Below the pieces are notes generated by a model. That model did no database searches. It was given only the letters and a program-made list of their open reading frames with translations, and was not told where the DNA came from. The position numbers and the translations under genes are program-made. 64,000 bases of DNA from Octopus vulgaris (lineage: Eukaryota). The first letter of the stretch is position 1. Every line of letters starts with the position of its first letter. The DNA lies in the NCBI GenBank assembly GCA_951406725.2, contig OX597817.1, forward strand, positions 63,674,001-63,738,000, in the 5' to 3' direction. Of the stretch, positions 1-13,436 are shown one piece after another.

Positions 1-158
1 ATTCCTCGTCACAGTCTATTTCTCCCAGAACGAAAGAAAAAAACAGACGGAAAGATAGTTAGACAAAGAGACGAATCCAACTCAGTATCGGATTTGTCAT
101 TATATTTTATCGATCCCGAAAGGATGAAAGTCAAAGTGGCAATATAATAATATTAGTA

Positions 159-585
159 AGGCGGCGAGCTGGCAGAATCGTTAGCACGTCGGGCGAAATG
201 CGTAGCCTTATTTCGTCTGCCGTTACGTTTTGAGTTCAAATTCCGCCGAGATCGACTTTGCTTTTCATCCTTTCGGGGTCGATAAATTAAGTACCAGTTA
301 CGCACAGGAGTCGATGTAATCGACTTAATCCGTTTGTCTGTCCTTGTTTGTCCTCTTTGTCTCTCCTTGTTTGTCCCCCTTGTGTGTAGTAAAGAAATAG
401 AAATAGGTGTTTCGTCTGTCGCTACGTTCTGAGTTCAAATTCCGCCGAGGTTAACTTTGCCTTTCATCCTTTCGGGGTCGATTAAATAAGTACCAGTTAC
501 GCACTGGGGTCGATGTAATCGACTTAATACATTTGTCTGTCCTTACTTGTCCCTCTATGTTTAGTCCCTTGTGGGCAATAAAGAA
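159..585 (+). mobile_element. tRNA-derived SINE with Nin-like central domain, with a tandem duplication of the body
   Basis: Head ggcggcgagctggcagaatcgttagcacg, B-box gagttcaaattcc, and domain gtcgactttgcctttcatcctttcggggtcgataaattaagtaccag. The body repeats from about 405. Many copies occur in this window. Confidence 0.85.
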
Positions 586-609
586 TTAAATATAATAATA
601 GCAACTGTA

Positions 610-1045
610 TTTCTTTCTGATTTTGGCACGAAACCAGCAATTTTAAGAGGAGAGGAGTTAGTCAATATCGTCGACCTCAGTACTTGACTGGTATTTATTT
701 TACCGACATCGAATGAACGAAAGTCAAAGTCGACCTCGGCGACATTCGAACCCAGGACGTAAAGAACCTGGTGTAATGCTGCTAAATATTTTGTCTGATG
801 CAGTGATGATGCTGCTGGCTCATCACCCAAATAATCCTTTCTTTTATAGATAGGTACAAGGCCTGAAATTTTTCGGGGAATGGACTAGGCGATTACATCA
901 ACTGGTACCTATTACATCGAACCCAAAAGGGGGGAAAGGTAAAGCTCGACCATAACGGAAATTGAACTCAGAATGCAACGAGTTGCAACAAATACTGCGA
1001 GGCACTTTGTTCGACGCTCTAACAGTTCTGCTTGTTCAACGCCTT
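610..1045 (-). mobile_element. Two diverged Nin-like SINE copies in tandem
   Basis: Reverse-complement motifs aaagtcgacctcggc, gaactcagaa and acaaggcctgaaattt. Confidence 0.7.
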
Positions 1046-1098
1046 AACAATGACGATGAAATTGTGTTAATGTTCATTATTCTAATAAAATTAATGCA

Positions 1099-1168
1099 CA
1101 TTATTTACATTATTTACATTTGACAGATATTTGCCCTCATCTTGTTTGTTGATAACACAACGTTTCGG

Positions 1169-1220
<52 letters not shown>

Positions 1221-1428
1221 GTTGTTGTTGTTGTTGTTATTATTCAGGTCACTGCCTGGAATCGAACTCGGAATCTTGGGGTTAATAGCCAGCGCTCTTA
1301 ACCACTACGTATGCCCGTAGTGGTTAAGAGCGCTGGCTACTAACCCCAAGATTCCGAGTTCGATTCCAGGCAGTGACCTGAATAATAATAACAACAACAA
1401 CAACCAGAACAACAACCAGAACAACAAC

Positions 1429-1478
<50 letters not shown>

Positions 1479-1667
1479 TAATAACAACATCGAAAAATAC
1501 TTTTGGAATGAGAATTGGATTCTCATTCCCCAAGACACCTGATGAAGGCTGGAGGGTATATAAGCCGAAATGTTGTGTTAACAACAAACAAGATGAGGAC
1601 AAATATCTGTCAAATGTAAATAATGTAAATAATGTACATAATTCTTCATCTCTTAAATATAGAACTG
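1099..1667. mobile_element. Palindromic (head-to-head) tRNA-headed element carrying a hammerhead ribozyme; candidate Penelope-dependent SINE or retrozyme
   Basis: A 12-bp direct repeat aaaattaatgca flanks it (1087-1098 and 1668-1679). Inverted arms centre on about 1313. The tRNA-like head is gtagtggttaagagcgc...gagttcgattcc. A CTGATGA...GAAA core lies at 1539-1570. Confidence 0.75.
1534..1579 (+). ncRNA. Minimal type I hammerhead ribozyme motif
   Basis: gacac CTGATGA a ggct-loop-agcc GAAA tgtt gtgtt. Stem I is gacac/gtgtt and stem II is ggct/agcc. The inverted copy at about 1154-1168 keeps the intact GAAACGTT. Confidence 0.7.
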
Positions 1668-2380
1668 AAAATTAATGCAACACGAAACAACGACAACAAA
1701 AATAACGATATTGAAGCAGCAAAGATTACTGAAAACACTAAAATACATAATTTAACTGTTGTTGCTGTTGTTGTTGTTCTTACTCTTGTTTTTTCCTTGG
1801 AAATATTCAATGATAAAAACAAACTGAGCGTTTTTGTTTTTGCTTTTTAAAAAATTATAAGTAGGCCAAAGGAAAGAGAATGATACAATGTTCGAACAAA
1901 TATCTCCAGGTGAAAATCAGTGTAGGTAGTGTGGACTGCGTGAGTGTCTGTCGGTATGTGATTCTGTGTGTCTGTGTGTGTGTGTGTATGTGTGTGTATG
2001 TGTGAGTGTGGTGCATAAATAGATAATGTATATGCTTATGTATTTCTACATGCACACGCACACCCACACAAACATTCATAAACACATTTATTTTATCTCT
2101 TTATACATATGTATATATATATGCAAATATATACATGTAAATATACATATGCACACATTTAATCACTTGCATACATGTATACATACATACATACATACAC
2201 ATACACACACAAACAGGCACACAGATACACACATGTATATATATATATATATACACATACATATATATACATATATGTATGTATATAAATACATATGTAA
2301 ACACATATATAAGTACATATATACACTATATAGATACATTATGCATATATATATGTATATATATAAATATATATATATAA

Positions 2381-2465
<85 letters not shown>

Positions 2466-2516
2466 CACATATATACATTATATATATGAATACACATATA
2501 TACATTTATATATGAA

Positions 2517-2553
<37 letters not shown>

Positions 2554-2611
2554 GTGTGTGTGTGTATGTATATATCCATCCCTCTTTCTTCTTCCCCTTT
2601 CTCTTTGTATG

Positions 2612-2651
<40 letters not shown>

Positions 2652-3134
2652 TCTCTCTCTCTCTACAAACACACATATGCATTCCTACTTCACTATATGT
2701 ATATATACCAATACGCAAGCATATTTGAATTTATACATCCACATCAGTTTCTGTGAGTGAGTGTATGTGCGTGCATGTGTATATGAGGACGCGTAAGTGT
2801 ATGTTTATAACAGCTTAGAGAAAACTTCAGAGATTTGTTGGTGAACTATTTGTAACGCAATTTCCATATATGTTATGTATTTTATGATCAAAATTTTAAA
2901 ATATAATTGAAGAGTAAAACACATTACATTTCTAGATAGGTAAGGCGCTATTTTCTTTTCTTTATTCTTTGCAAGCATAAATACTTTATCGATTATTGAA
3001 ATCAACGTCTTCTCTTGTTGTTAGTACTTGTCATTTACTTCAACAAGTGTTTTCGCACAAACATCACGAAAGCTCATTGTTTACACGAACACTTACATTC
3101 ATCTGTCTGTCTGTCTAACTGTCTGACTGTCTGA

Positions 3135-3203
<69 letters not shown>

Positions 3204-3225
3204 CTCCGTCTCTCACCCGATCTCT

Positions 3226-3269
<44 letters not shown>

Positions 3270-4901
3270 CATATGAATGTGAATAAGCCAAACCTTAGAA
3301 GTCAGTTTCAGACTTGTAAAACTTTAAGAAAAACATGTACAATCCTAAAAAGCAATGACAAGTCTATCAATTTAATATTAAGTTGTTTTTCAATATATAA
3401 CTTGACATAAAAACAGAAAAAAGCATATAATATATTTCTCATATACTATATATATATATATATATATATATCTGTAAAATAATATGTGACATCTCTTCGG
3501 TTATCTGGCCATCTGAAAAACGCTATGAAAAAAGACCGTTATACAAAGGGAAATTACTGTGTTATAGACCGCTAATTATACAAAAGCGCTAATTCGAAAG
3601 ACCGCTAATTAAGAGAAGGTTAAAAGTTCATAGTAAACATGTATGCGTACATCTCTATGAAATGGTACACATCTTCAATCGCATTTTTCGCCAAATGTAT
3701 ATGCATATATATACAAACTCATACACACGCGCGCACTGTAAAAGTTCATACATACGTCTACATACGCACAAGCACAAGAAAAAACAGGGTTAAGGGTAAC
3801 AATACAGAAAAAAAGGCATAAGGAAGTATACAAAGAGTAAACCACGTTCATATACGGACATACCCTTATGTACGCACACACACACACGCCCATATATGTA
3901 CATACCCGCACACGTCTTCGTGATTATTATATTTTTTAAGGTGATGAACTGGTAAAATCGGGAGTACGTCGGGAGAAAATACATCACCACATTTGTTCTG
4001 ACTCTTTATATTCCGAGTTCAAATCTGGCTGAGGCCACTTTTGCCTTTCAACCTTCCTTGACCGATGAAATACAAAAAGTACCTTCAAAGTATTAAGGTT
4101 GATGACAGTGACTTATCCCCTCCTTTCAAAACTGATGGTTTTGTGAATAAATGAGAGATCATCATATTTAGTTATTTTTATTACTATGGCTTCTGTTTTC
4201 GGCTTGCAATTCCAAGTAACCGTCACATTATATATTTATTGCATAGTTTATAATAAATACTAACAGATCTGGTGGTCATGTTACCGAAAAGCTAATGTTA
4301 AAATAAACACTACAGAATTGTGAACTGATAAGAACACCTTTGAGAAATAGTTGGTATATTGTTTCCATACAACAAGCCGAATTTTCTTACTTTGAATGTT
4401 TTTTCCCTTCATCTCATCTTTATTTCTCTTAATCTCTCTCTCTCTCTCTCCTTTTCTGTATCTCTGTCTCTCTCTCTGTCTCACTTCAGGCTACTTTGAG
4501 TTTTATAAATTCGAAATAGGACAGAATGTTCGCAAAATGTTCGTACAAAAGCGGAACTGTATTGGATATAATATTTACTATAATTATGTTATTTTAGTAA
4601 ATATTATATTTATCTATTGAGGAAGACGGGCCCAGAGTTGTGAAAAATAATCAATTCACCTCAGGAGCTTGTAATCTAATAGTCATATTATAAATAATAA
4701 ACGTATATAAATAAGGACTGAAAAATACTTGTTGCAATAAATATTCAGACCAAGTAATAAATATTTGTAAAACAATATTGATTTAAGTTATCACTCCCAC
4801 TCTCTCCTGGCGCATACACACGCGCGCATGCCCGCATGTGCGCACAAACACACAGAGAGAAACACAATATATGCTATATTTTATCTTTCTCCCCGTCTAT
4901 C

Positions 4902-5032
<131 letters not shown>

Positions 5033-5119
5033 GGTGTAAGCACATAAATGTGAAAGAAGGTGGAAAAAGAGTACTCAAATACCAGAGGTAGAGTAATATG
5101 GTTTATTTGAAAGCAGCAG

Positions 5120-5169
<50 letters not shown>

Positions 5170-5954
5170 GTAGATAAAACTTACTTGGAAAAGGATGCGT
5201 GGCGTTCGATCATATAATAATATAAATAATATATAAATATATGCATATATACATACATATATGTATGTATATATGCATATATTTATATATTATTTATATT
5301 ATATATATATACATGTTCACACACGTACACACAGACGCGCGCACTCATACACACATACACACACACACACCAAACAAATGCACATATATAAGAAAGATTT
5401 CTGTTTACTATTCGAGTTTCATTCTATGTGTTCTTTTGTAAGTTTGTGAATATATATGTCTGTGTGTGAGTGTGCGCGCTAGGCTGTATGTGTACGTGTA
5501 TGTGTGTTCGCGCGTGAAGAATTTATTGGCTGATAAGACTATGAAGTAATATGTACTTTAAGCGTTATAAATCAGAAACAGAAAATAGATATTAGTCTTT
5601 AGATCAATGAGAACACCTAACACTGAATTCTGTTATATACGATTTAAGAATAAAATTTCTTTTAGCGGAAGAAGAACATTTTTTTTCTTATATCATATAT
5701 CACTTATTCGTTAAAATGAAAAATATTTCAGCACTTATTACTTAGAAATTTCATTCATTTGCATTAGTAGAGAAAATTACCTCACTCACTATTTTCCCCA
5801 ATCACGTGGTCTTGAGTTCAGTCCTGCCAGAAATGGGTGGTTTAAAGTCTTTGACTTCTATTTCTAACATGTCAGTACTTTTTCCAAGTACCTTTCATTA
5901 TGATTATATATTTTATATATAATTATAAATCTCTCTCTCTCTTCTCTCTCTCTT

Positions 5955-6044
<90 letters not shown>

Positions 6045-6046
<2 letters not shown>

Positions 6047-6200
6047 TGCGACGATCTTTCAGTTTCTGTCCATCAAATCTACTCATAAGGCTTTTGGCTC
6101 GAAACTATAGCAGAAGACGCTTGCCTAAGGTATCTCGCAGTGGGACGGATACTGGAATCATTGATTGCGAAGCAAATTTCTTACCACACAGGCACGCTTA
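6045..6200 (-). mobile_element. CORE-type SINE 5' fragment, diverged
   Basis: ctttcagtttctgtccatcaaatctactcataaggc...ttcttaccacacag is the reverse complement of the 8372 family. Confidence 0.65.
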
Positions 6201-6474
6201 CTTATTATAGAGGACATATTTCTGTTCATTTGTTAATATGAAATTTCTATCAAAATGTTATTGGAACTAAATTATTTCTGTTTATTACTGTGGCCAGTTT
6301 TTCACTTATTGATGGGGAGTTTCTTGGGGTTTTTTTTTGTATCTCGATTTATCATTGATTTAATCATGTGCAATTTTCCCATGGAATATCTTCTGTAGAC
6401 TATCTTCATACATAAGTAAAAAGAAATTTCTTTTGTGGTTTAAACTCGAATCAGATAAAACAATAAATAAAAAT

Positions 6475-6680
6475 TTTGGCACAAGGCCAGAAAATTCGAG
6501 CGGAGAGGTAAGTCGATTAGATCAAGCTCAGTGTTCAAATAACACTTATTTGAGCGATCTCGAAGGGATGAAAGGAAAAGTCAACTCAGGTGGTATTTGA
6601 ATCCAGAACGTAAAGACGAACGAAATGCCGTACAGTATATTGCCCGGTGTGCTAACGATTCTGCCAGCTCGCCGCCTTAA
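6475..6680 (-). mobile_element. Nin-like SINE
   Basis: Ends in gctaacgattctgccagctcgccgcctt, the reverse complement of the family head. Confidence 0.8.
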
Positions 6681-6741
6681 AGCTACAAATAACATGTAAC
6701 CATTGGGTTAAAAAAAAAACCTTTGGATAAAAATATCGAAA

Positions 6742-6812
6742 GCTGCTCGTAGGACTCGACCTCATATCTTTTATAAGCATGGGAGGCATTCTACTATTGG
6801 ACCGAAGCAATC
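6742..6812 (-). pseudogene. Degenerate tRNA-like sequence (tRNA pseudogene or SINE head)
   Basis: The minus strand reads ttgcttcggtccaatagtagaatgcc...gaggtcgagtcctacgagcagc. It has A/B-box-like motifs and acceptor-like ends but no clean anticodon arm. Confidence 0.3.
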
Positions 6813-8371
6813 CTTCGAATTTCCCTCTTCATTTTTGAAACTCACTTCTTACCACCGTGAATTTTATGTTGTTGACATCTCAAGAGTTTAGAACTTCGAG
6901 AGAACGAGAATTTTGAGGGAATGGTTTTAAATTGAAGTATATAAAGCTATGGTGTCTCAGCATGGCCGCAGTGACTGAAACGAGTTAAACATAAAAAGAT
7001 TAAGATAACAGTGTGTAAATATTGGGACCGGAAACCTTCAATTTTTTTCTGTCCAAAGGATTTTTAAACCCACTATTTACATGCTATTAATCATAGCTTT
7101 ATCTGCTTCGAGTTAAAACCTTACCAAAAGAAAACAAAACGGAAATTATTTCATGATCTTTTGAAGTTCTTAATGTTTTATGACGTCGAAAAGAAAATTC
7201 ATTTCATTGATTACAGTGGACAATTTTCGTCGTTTATTACGGTGGAAGCAAAAGGAGAAAACTTGGTCATGAAATCTTTTTACTATATATTAATGATTCT
7301 TTTTGCATTTCTTAACGTTAGAAAATGTGGGTTAATTGACTAGTAAGCATGTCTCTTTTTTTATATATATAAATTTGACAAATTAGTACAGTGAAAAAAA
7401 TTCCTGTATTGCCACAAAGATGTTGATTTATTTATTTATTACGGTGGAAATTTTTTCCTCGGGTGTTAGTGTGAAATTTCTTTCATTATTTATAAATAGA
7501 ATATAGTGTAGGTTACTATAACATATTATTTATTAAATATCGCGAAAATTGTGTATATATTGATAGCAAGAAATTACTTTCATTTATGTCTGTGGAACAT
7601 ATATTTGACCAACTAATATAGTTTTTTCAAATATATATGTTGGTCAAAATTCTTCAATTTACTTCAGTGGACAATACATTTTAATTATTTGGAAACTTAT
7701 TCATTTCTGAATGGCAAGAGATCTCTGTCATATCCTCCAGATTGACGGATTATGAAGTGCTTTCCATGTATTGACAGGACAAAATTTATTTCATTTTGAG
7801 TGGGCATCATCATCATCATCATCATCATCATTATTATTTTTATCTTGTTTATTATTAGGAATTTGTTGTTAAATATCAGTAGGACAAATTCTGTTCGCTT
7901 ATTACTATGAAATGTCTCTCATATATGAATGGCACTAACCTGCTATTTATTACAATGTACAATGTCTTTTATTACCGAAGAAATTTCATTTATTACGGAA
8001 CAACAAACTTTTCGTCTATTACTCTAAAATGTTTTTCATGGATTGACACTAAATTTCTTCCATATATTCCAGCAGATAATTCTTCTTTCATTACTTCTTG
8101 CATATATTAACAGCTCTAAATTACTTTTATGTGTGAAAACACATTCAGTTGTGAAGACATCACTCAATCCAATGACGTCATTCTCGGTGTAGTGTGTTTT
8201 TACGCATCTTCTATATCTATGTATGTATCTGCATGTGTATACATATACCTACACACACATAAATAGATATGTATGTGTGCGCGCGATCGTACATATTTAT
8301 AATATACATAGATACATACATACATACATAGATACATACATATGCTGATGTAATTTATAAACTTTCGAGAG

Positions 8372-8780
8372 AGCGTAGAAGTGGCTGTGTGGTAAGTAGC
8401 TTGCTTACCAACCACACAGTTCCGGGTTCAGTCCCACTGCGTAGCACATTCGGCAAGTGTCTTCTGCTATAGCCTCGGGCTGATCAAAGCCTTGTGAGTG
8501 AATTTGGTAGACGGAAACTGAAAGAATCCCGTCGTATATATGTAAATGTATGTATATGTATGTGTGTGTATATATGTCTCTGTGTCTGTGTTGTCCCCCC
8601 AACATCGCTTGACACCGATGCTAGTATGTTTACGTCCCCATAACTTAGCGGTTCGGCAAAAGAGACCGATAGAATAAATACTGGGCTTACAAAGAATAAG
8701 TCCTGGGGTGGATTTGCTCGACTAAAGGCGGTGCTCCAGCATGGCCACAGTCAAATGACTGAAACAAGAGTAAAAGAGAG
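8372..8780 (+). mobile_element. tRNA-derived CORE-type SINE with an internal (TA/TG)n microsatellite, near full length
   Basis: Head gtggctgtgtggtaagtagcttgc...gggttcagtccc, CORE-like ggcaagtgtcttct, and 3' tail ggcggtgctccagcatggccacagtcaaatgactgaaacaag. Confidence 0.85.
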
Positions 8781-9002
8781 ACCGTGATGTAATTCTAATT
8801 TATTTGGAACTGGATCTGGAAGCACATGCAAACCTTTAAATAATAGCATATAAATATTGGGTTGGATGATAACCCATTTGGATAGAATAAATCAAGTGTT
8901 ACGTGTAGGACAGTCTTCGCTTTTTTCTACCCAAACGGATTATTCAACTCTATAGTTATATGTTACTATTTATAACTTCATATTCGTCTCGAGATGGCTG
9001 TG

Positions 9003-9122
9003 AGGAGTGGCTGTGTGGTAAGAAGCTTCCTTCCCTACAAAACGGTTCCGCTTTCAGTGTTGGGCCGACCAAAACCTTGCGAGTGGATGTGTTAGACGGA
9101 AACTAAAAGAAGACTGACAGTC

Positions 9123-9161
<39 letters not shown>

Positions 9162-9352
9162 TCCCCCCCACCAGCGCTTGATAACAGATGTTGGCGTTTG
9201 CGTCCCCGTAATTTGGTTCGGCAAAAGAGACCCATAGAATAAGTACCAGGCTTTATGATTAAGTACCAGGGTTGATTCATTCGACTAAAAAAGTTCAAGG
9301 TGGTGCCCCACCATGGCCGCAGTCTAATGACTGAAACAAGTAAAAGATAAAA
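9003..9352 (+). mobile_element. CORE-type SINE copy with an internal deletion
   Basis: Same head, internal (TG)n and tail as 8372-8780. Confidence 0.8.
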
Positions 9353-9429
9353 GACATATATATATACATACATACGTGTATACATACATTCATGCATACA
9401 TGCATATATACATAGACCGTTAAATCCAT

Positions 9430-9592
9430 AAGTTTTTTTTTTATTCTCTCTGTTTATTTTCTCTTATTCCTTTCTGTTGAAGAGCGTAGATTCGAAACGT
9501 AAAAGAGGTTTTCACTTCCCCGAGCATCAATCTAATACACCTGCTTGTTCATACACATGTCTTTGTCATTTGCTTTTATGTAAATTTCAACT
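9430..9592 (+). mobile_element. Penelope-like pLTR fragment with a variant hammerhead (CTGTTGA core)
   Basis: cttt CTGTTGA a gagc gtag attc GAAA cgta aaag at 9470-9505. Same family as 34195-34412. Confidence 0.55.
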
Positions 9593-9630
9593 ACACACAC
9601 ACAAACGCACACACACACAGACGCACACAC

Positions 9631-9672
<42 letters not shown>

Positions 9673-10239
9673 ATATATATATATATATATATGTATATGT
9701 ATGTATCTATATTTGTATAGGTATATACATATGCACATATGAACTAGGAAGGAAATATATCCACGACTATAGTTTAGTTTATTAACTATTGTATAATTTA
9801 TTAATCTATGCAAACAGCAAAAAAGAACGACGAAAAGTGTACATTGACGTCTAAGCAAAGAAAATGTAATATTGCGTACTTAATAGAAACGGAGGACATT
9901 TTGATTACGATAAAAATGAAGACAACACTATTGTTGCGGTTGCTATAGTTGTTGTTGTTGTTGTTGTTTAACCCCAAGTAGGCCAGGACGGGAATATTTA
10001 CGCTCTAACGTATTTCAGCAATGAGTATGCCATCCATTTTCCCACTATTGTGAGCTGGCATTTCGTAATCAAATGCGTACTCTTTAAAAGAACAAGATTC
10101 TATTGGAAAGATATTTATTCTGCTATTTCTAGCTGGGTGAGTGAGTCCGAAGAGGGTTTCTCGTTGGTACACAAAAAGGAAAAAGAAAAATGAAAACAAA
10201 ACAAAACAAAAAACAACCCTGTGATTTCATGTTCATTTC

Positions 10240-10595
10240 TATTGCACATCATCTTGGGCAATTGTCTTCTGCTGTAGCCTCGAACCGACTGAAGTGAGTG
10301 GATTTGGTTGACGGAAACACAATGAATCCCATCGTATACATACACACAGACATACACTGATATGCGAGTGTCTAAGTGTGTCTCTCTCACTTTGGGTTGT
10401 GTTTGTCCCCCTCCTTAGCCATCTTCCTTGACAATCGGTTTTGTCTTATTTACGTTGCATAACCTTAGCAGTTCGGCAAAAGAGATCGGTAGAATAAGTA
10501 CCAAAATTATAAAAGAAGCATTGGTACCGATCTCTTCGATTAAAACCCTTGCTCCGCCATGGGCACAGTCAAATGACTGTACAAGTAAAAGAAAA
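10240..10595 (+). mobile_element. Diverged CORE-type SINE
   Basis: cttgggcaattgtcttctgctgtagcctcg...gttcggcaaaagagatcggtagaataagtacc...cagtcaaatgactg. Confidence 0.75.
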
Positions 10596-11096
10596 ACTGT
10601 TGGAAATATAATTTTAATAGTTTAAACATGTGAGGAAACGTAAATGCAAGTAATAAATGAGAAAAATGTCGTTCTACTAAAAAATATATATATGGCAAAA
10701 ACCTAATAGATGAAGGACAACGTCCGATATGTAAGATATTTTTCTACTCGTTTAAGAAACTAATTTGGTTCCTCTTGTATACTAAAGATGATATGAAGCT
10801 AAAAAAAAGGAAAAAGAAGAAAATGTATATACTGTAATAAATGAAAAAAATTCGTCACACTGAAAATAAATATATAGAAAAGCTAGCATGATAAGAGATG
10901 AAACATATCTGTCATAAGGGAAAGAAATCAATTGTCTTGCTTATATAAGAAAAATAATTTGGTCCCACTGGTAAGAGTTACCAGATCATGTGGACATGCA
11001 CGTACATTTGATTAATTTGGTAGCAAATATATGTATACCTATGTGTGTAAATGCCTATGTGTATATGTGTGCGTGTATGCGTGTAGGTATGTATGA

Positions 11097-11167
<71 letters not shown>

Positions 11168-12534
11168 TACACTCACACACACATATACGATCCGGTGATC
11201 CGAATGTAGGAAGCTAGAAGGATTCAAGCAGTAAGTAGCTGGTATAGATAACAGAAAGTGGACAGTATACGATATGAAACAATAATTTATTGGTACCGAG
11301 AGTTACACACTTTTGATATTTATTTATACATATTGTACTTATTGTATCATATTACTCATTGATGTGCACTGTTTTGTTCTGTACTATTATGTTTGACCTT
11401 GATGTTCATATGTAGTTGTTTAATAAATTATGTGAATGGGTATTATCTGGTAGTTGATTATTGATTAAGGTGTATTTCTCCATTTTCTTATTTTGTATTA
11501 TGAATTTGTGGTAAAACATCTTACCTTCACCCATATAATACAATAAATGAATTAATTGCATCGCAATTCTTAACATTTATGTATTAACTTTGTTGGGTGC
11601 TTTACTGGCAGTATATTGGATATATGTTATCCCATGCTATTACACACAAGTGATGTTCCTCCACGTTATTTATTGAACTCATAAAGCAAAATATGCCAAA
11701 TATACTCCTTTGTCACTTCCATTATAGCTTTGAAAAAAAAAACTGTTAAAATCGACCTGCACTCTTCAAAACTTCCACGAGGTAAAATTACTACCTGCTT
11801 TTATAGCAAGTTTATGCAGGTAGTTTATCATGCAACTGAAAAACGAAACGCATTATTTATGGGATGATCTAATATGTGTTGGTGTGTGTGTCTGTGTGTG
11901 TATGCGTGCATGTGTACGTGTGTGTGTGTGTGTGTGTGTGTGTGCAATACAGATATATGAACATTTAGTGGTATCAGCAGCGTCCACTCCCGTTTCCATC
12001 TATGCCCTGTACATATGATACAAAATATGTTTGTGTGCGTTACCAGACATCAACGCGAAACCTAAGAAATACTGATATATGAAATGTCTCTTCTATTGCT
12101 CTTTAGTTTTCCTGTCATCATCAAACATATCTCAAATATATGTATGCTGCCATTCACTTATGGAATCTTTTTATCAGTCATGTGGGATATTTCACAAAGT
12201 AGTATAATGACATACAAGTACGTAGTTGTACACTTTTACACTCTCACTCATAGCAATGTACGTATGGTATGTATAAGGTAACTCACTAATATATAAAACA
12301 GTTGTATGCTTCAATTTACCAAGCTTACATACAAGCGTACAGTTTCACATATTTTCATGTATTTTTCATTGCTTGACCTCTCCTATCAAATGGTTTCAAA
12401 TTCAATATGTGATACCTTGGAGAAGTATTTTCTACTCCGGCCTCAAGTTGACCTGTACTTTGTGAGTGAATTTTAGTAAACGGAACCTGGGCAGAAAACT
12501 GAAAACTCTTAAAAATATGCATGCATGTATATGT

Positions 12535-12597
<63 letters not shown>

Positions 12598-12690
12598 TAT
12601 ATATATAAAGAGCGACAGAGAGATAGATATACATATATACACACACATATATATGTATATAATACATATATACATATATGTGTGTATATA

Positions 12691-12742
<52 letters not shown>

Positions 12743-13183
12743 TTCATACACACACATATAAGAAAGAGAGAGGGGGAGATAGAGTTTGGAAAAGGAGGGA
12801 AAGGAAGCGGGTGCAAACCTTATGAGACATTTATACGATTCTCGCTGACATATATGAGTCTTCTCTAAACGTTGAATGGTGTGTGCTTGTATGTATAGGT
12901 ATGTGTGGGAGCAGTTATGTGGATGATTTAATCGTTATTAAAATTTTCTCTACATTTGCTTATATATTTGTCGAAGAACTCTGAAAGTAAACTTAATCCA
13001 ATATTATTTATCAGAAAATCTTATTTAACATTTAGAAGATGTTGGTAGGTTACAGCAGAAAGAAGTTATAAGCAAATATATGTCAAAACATGTGATCAGA
13101 ATATTTGTGAAGTATACATTTAAAATTAAACACATCCTGTTCACACTCAGATATGATGATATATCACAGTACGTTATGCCCAC

Positions 13184-13226
<43 letters not shown>

Positions 13227-13312
13227 TACATTGATAAATATTCTTAGATACTGTACCTTATTCACATATTTAACATATACAGATTCTAAATTGCATATGA
13301 TCGACACATTGA

Positions 13313-13432
<120 letters not shown>

Positions 13433-13436
13433 CATC

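Noticed and set aside
1317-1385. Functional tRNA gene (apparent ACT anticodon)
   Set aside because: It has no complete acceptor stem or Ser-type variable arm, and it is embedded in a TSD-flanked element.
3490-3620. Short repeated accgctaatt motifs
   Set aside because: Possibly decayed subterminal repeats of a transposon, but no partner end was found.
4488-4620. Exon-like segment after a (CT)n tract and cag (GYFEFYKFEIGQ...)
   Set aside because: The pyrimidine tract is a microsatellite, and there is no recognisable protein or convincing donor.
11190-11650. Possible decayed Penelope GIY-YIG regions (also about 27370-28140 and 21640-21980)
   Set aside because: Composition is suggestive, but no motif could be read with confidence.
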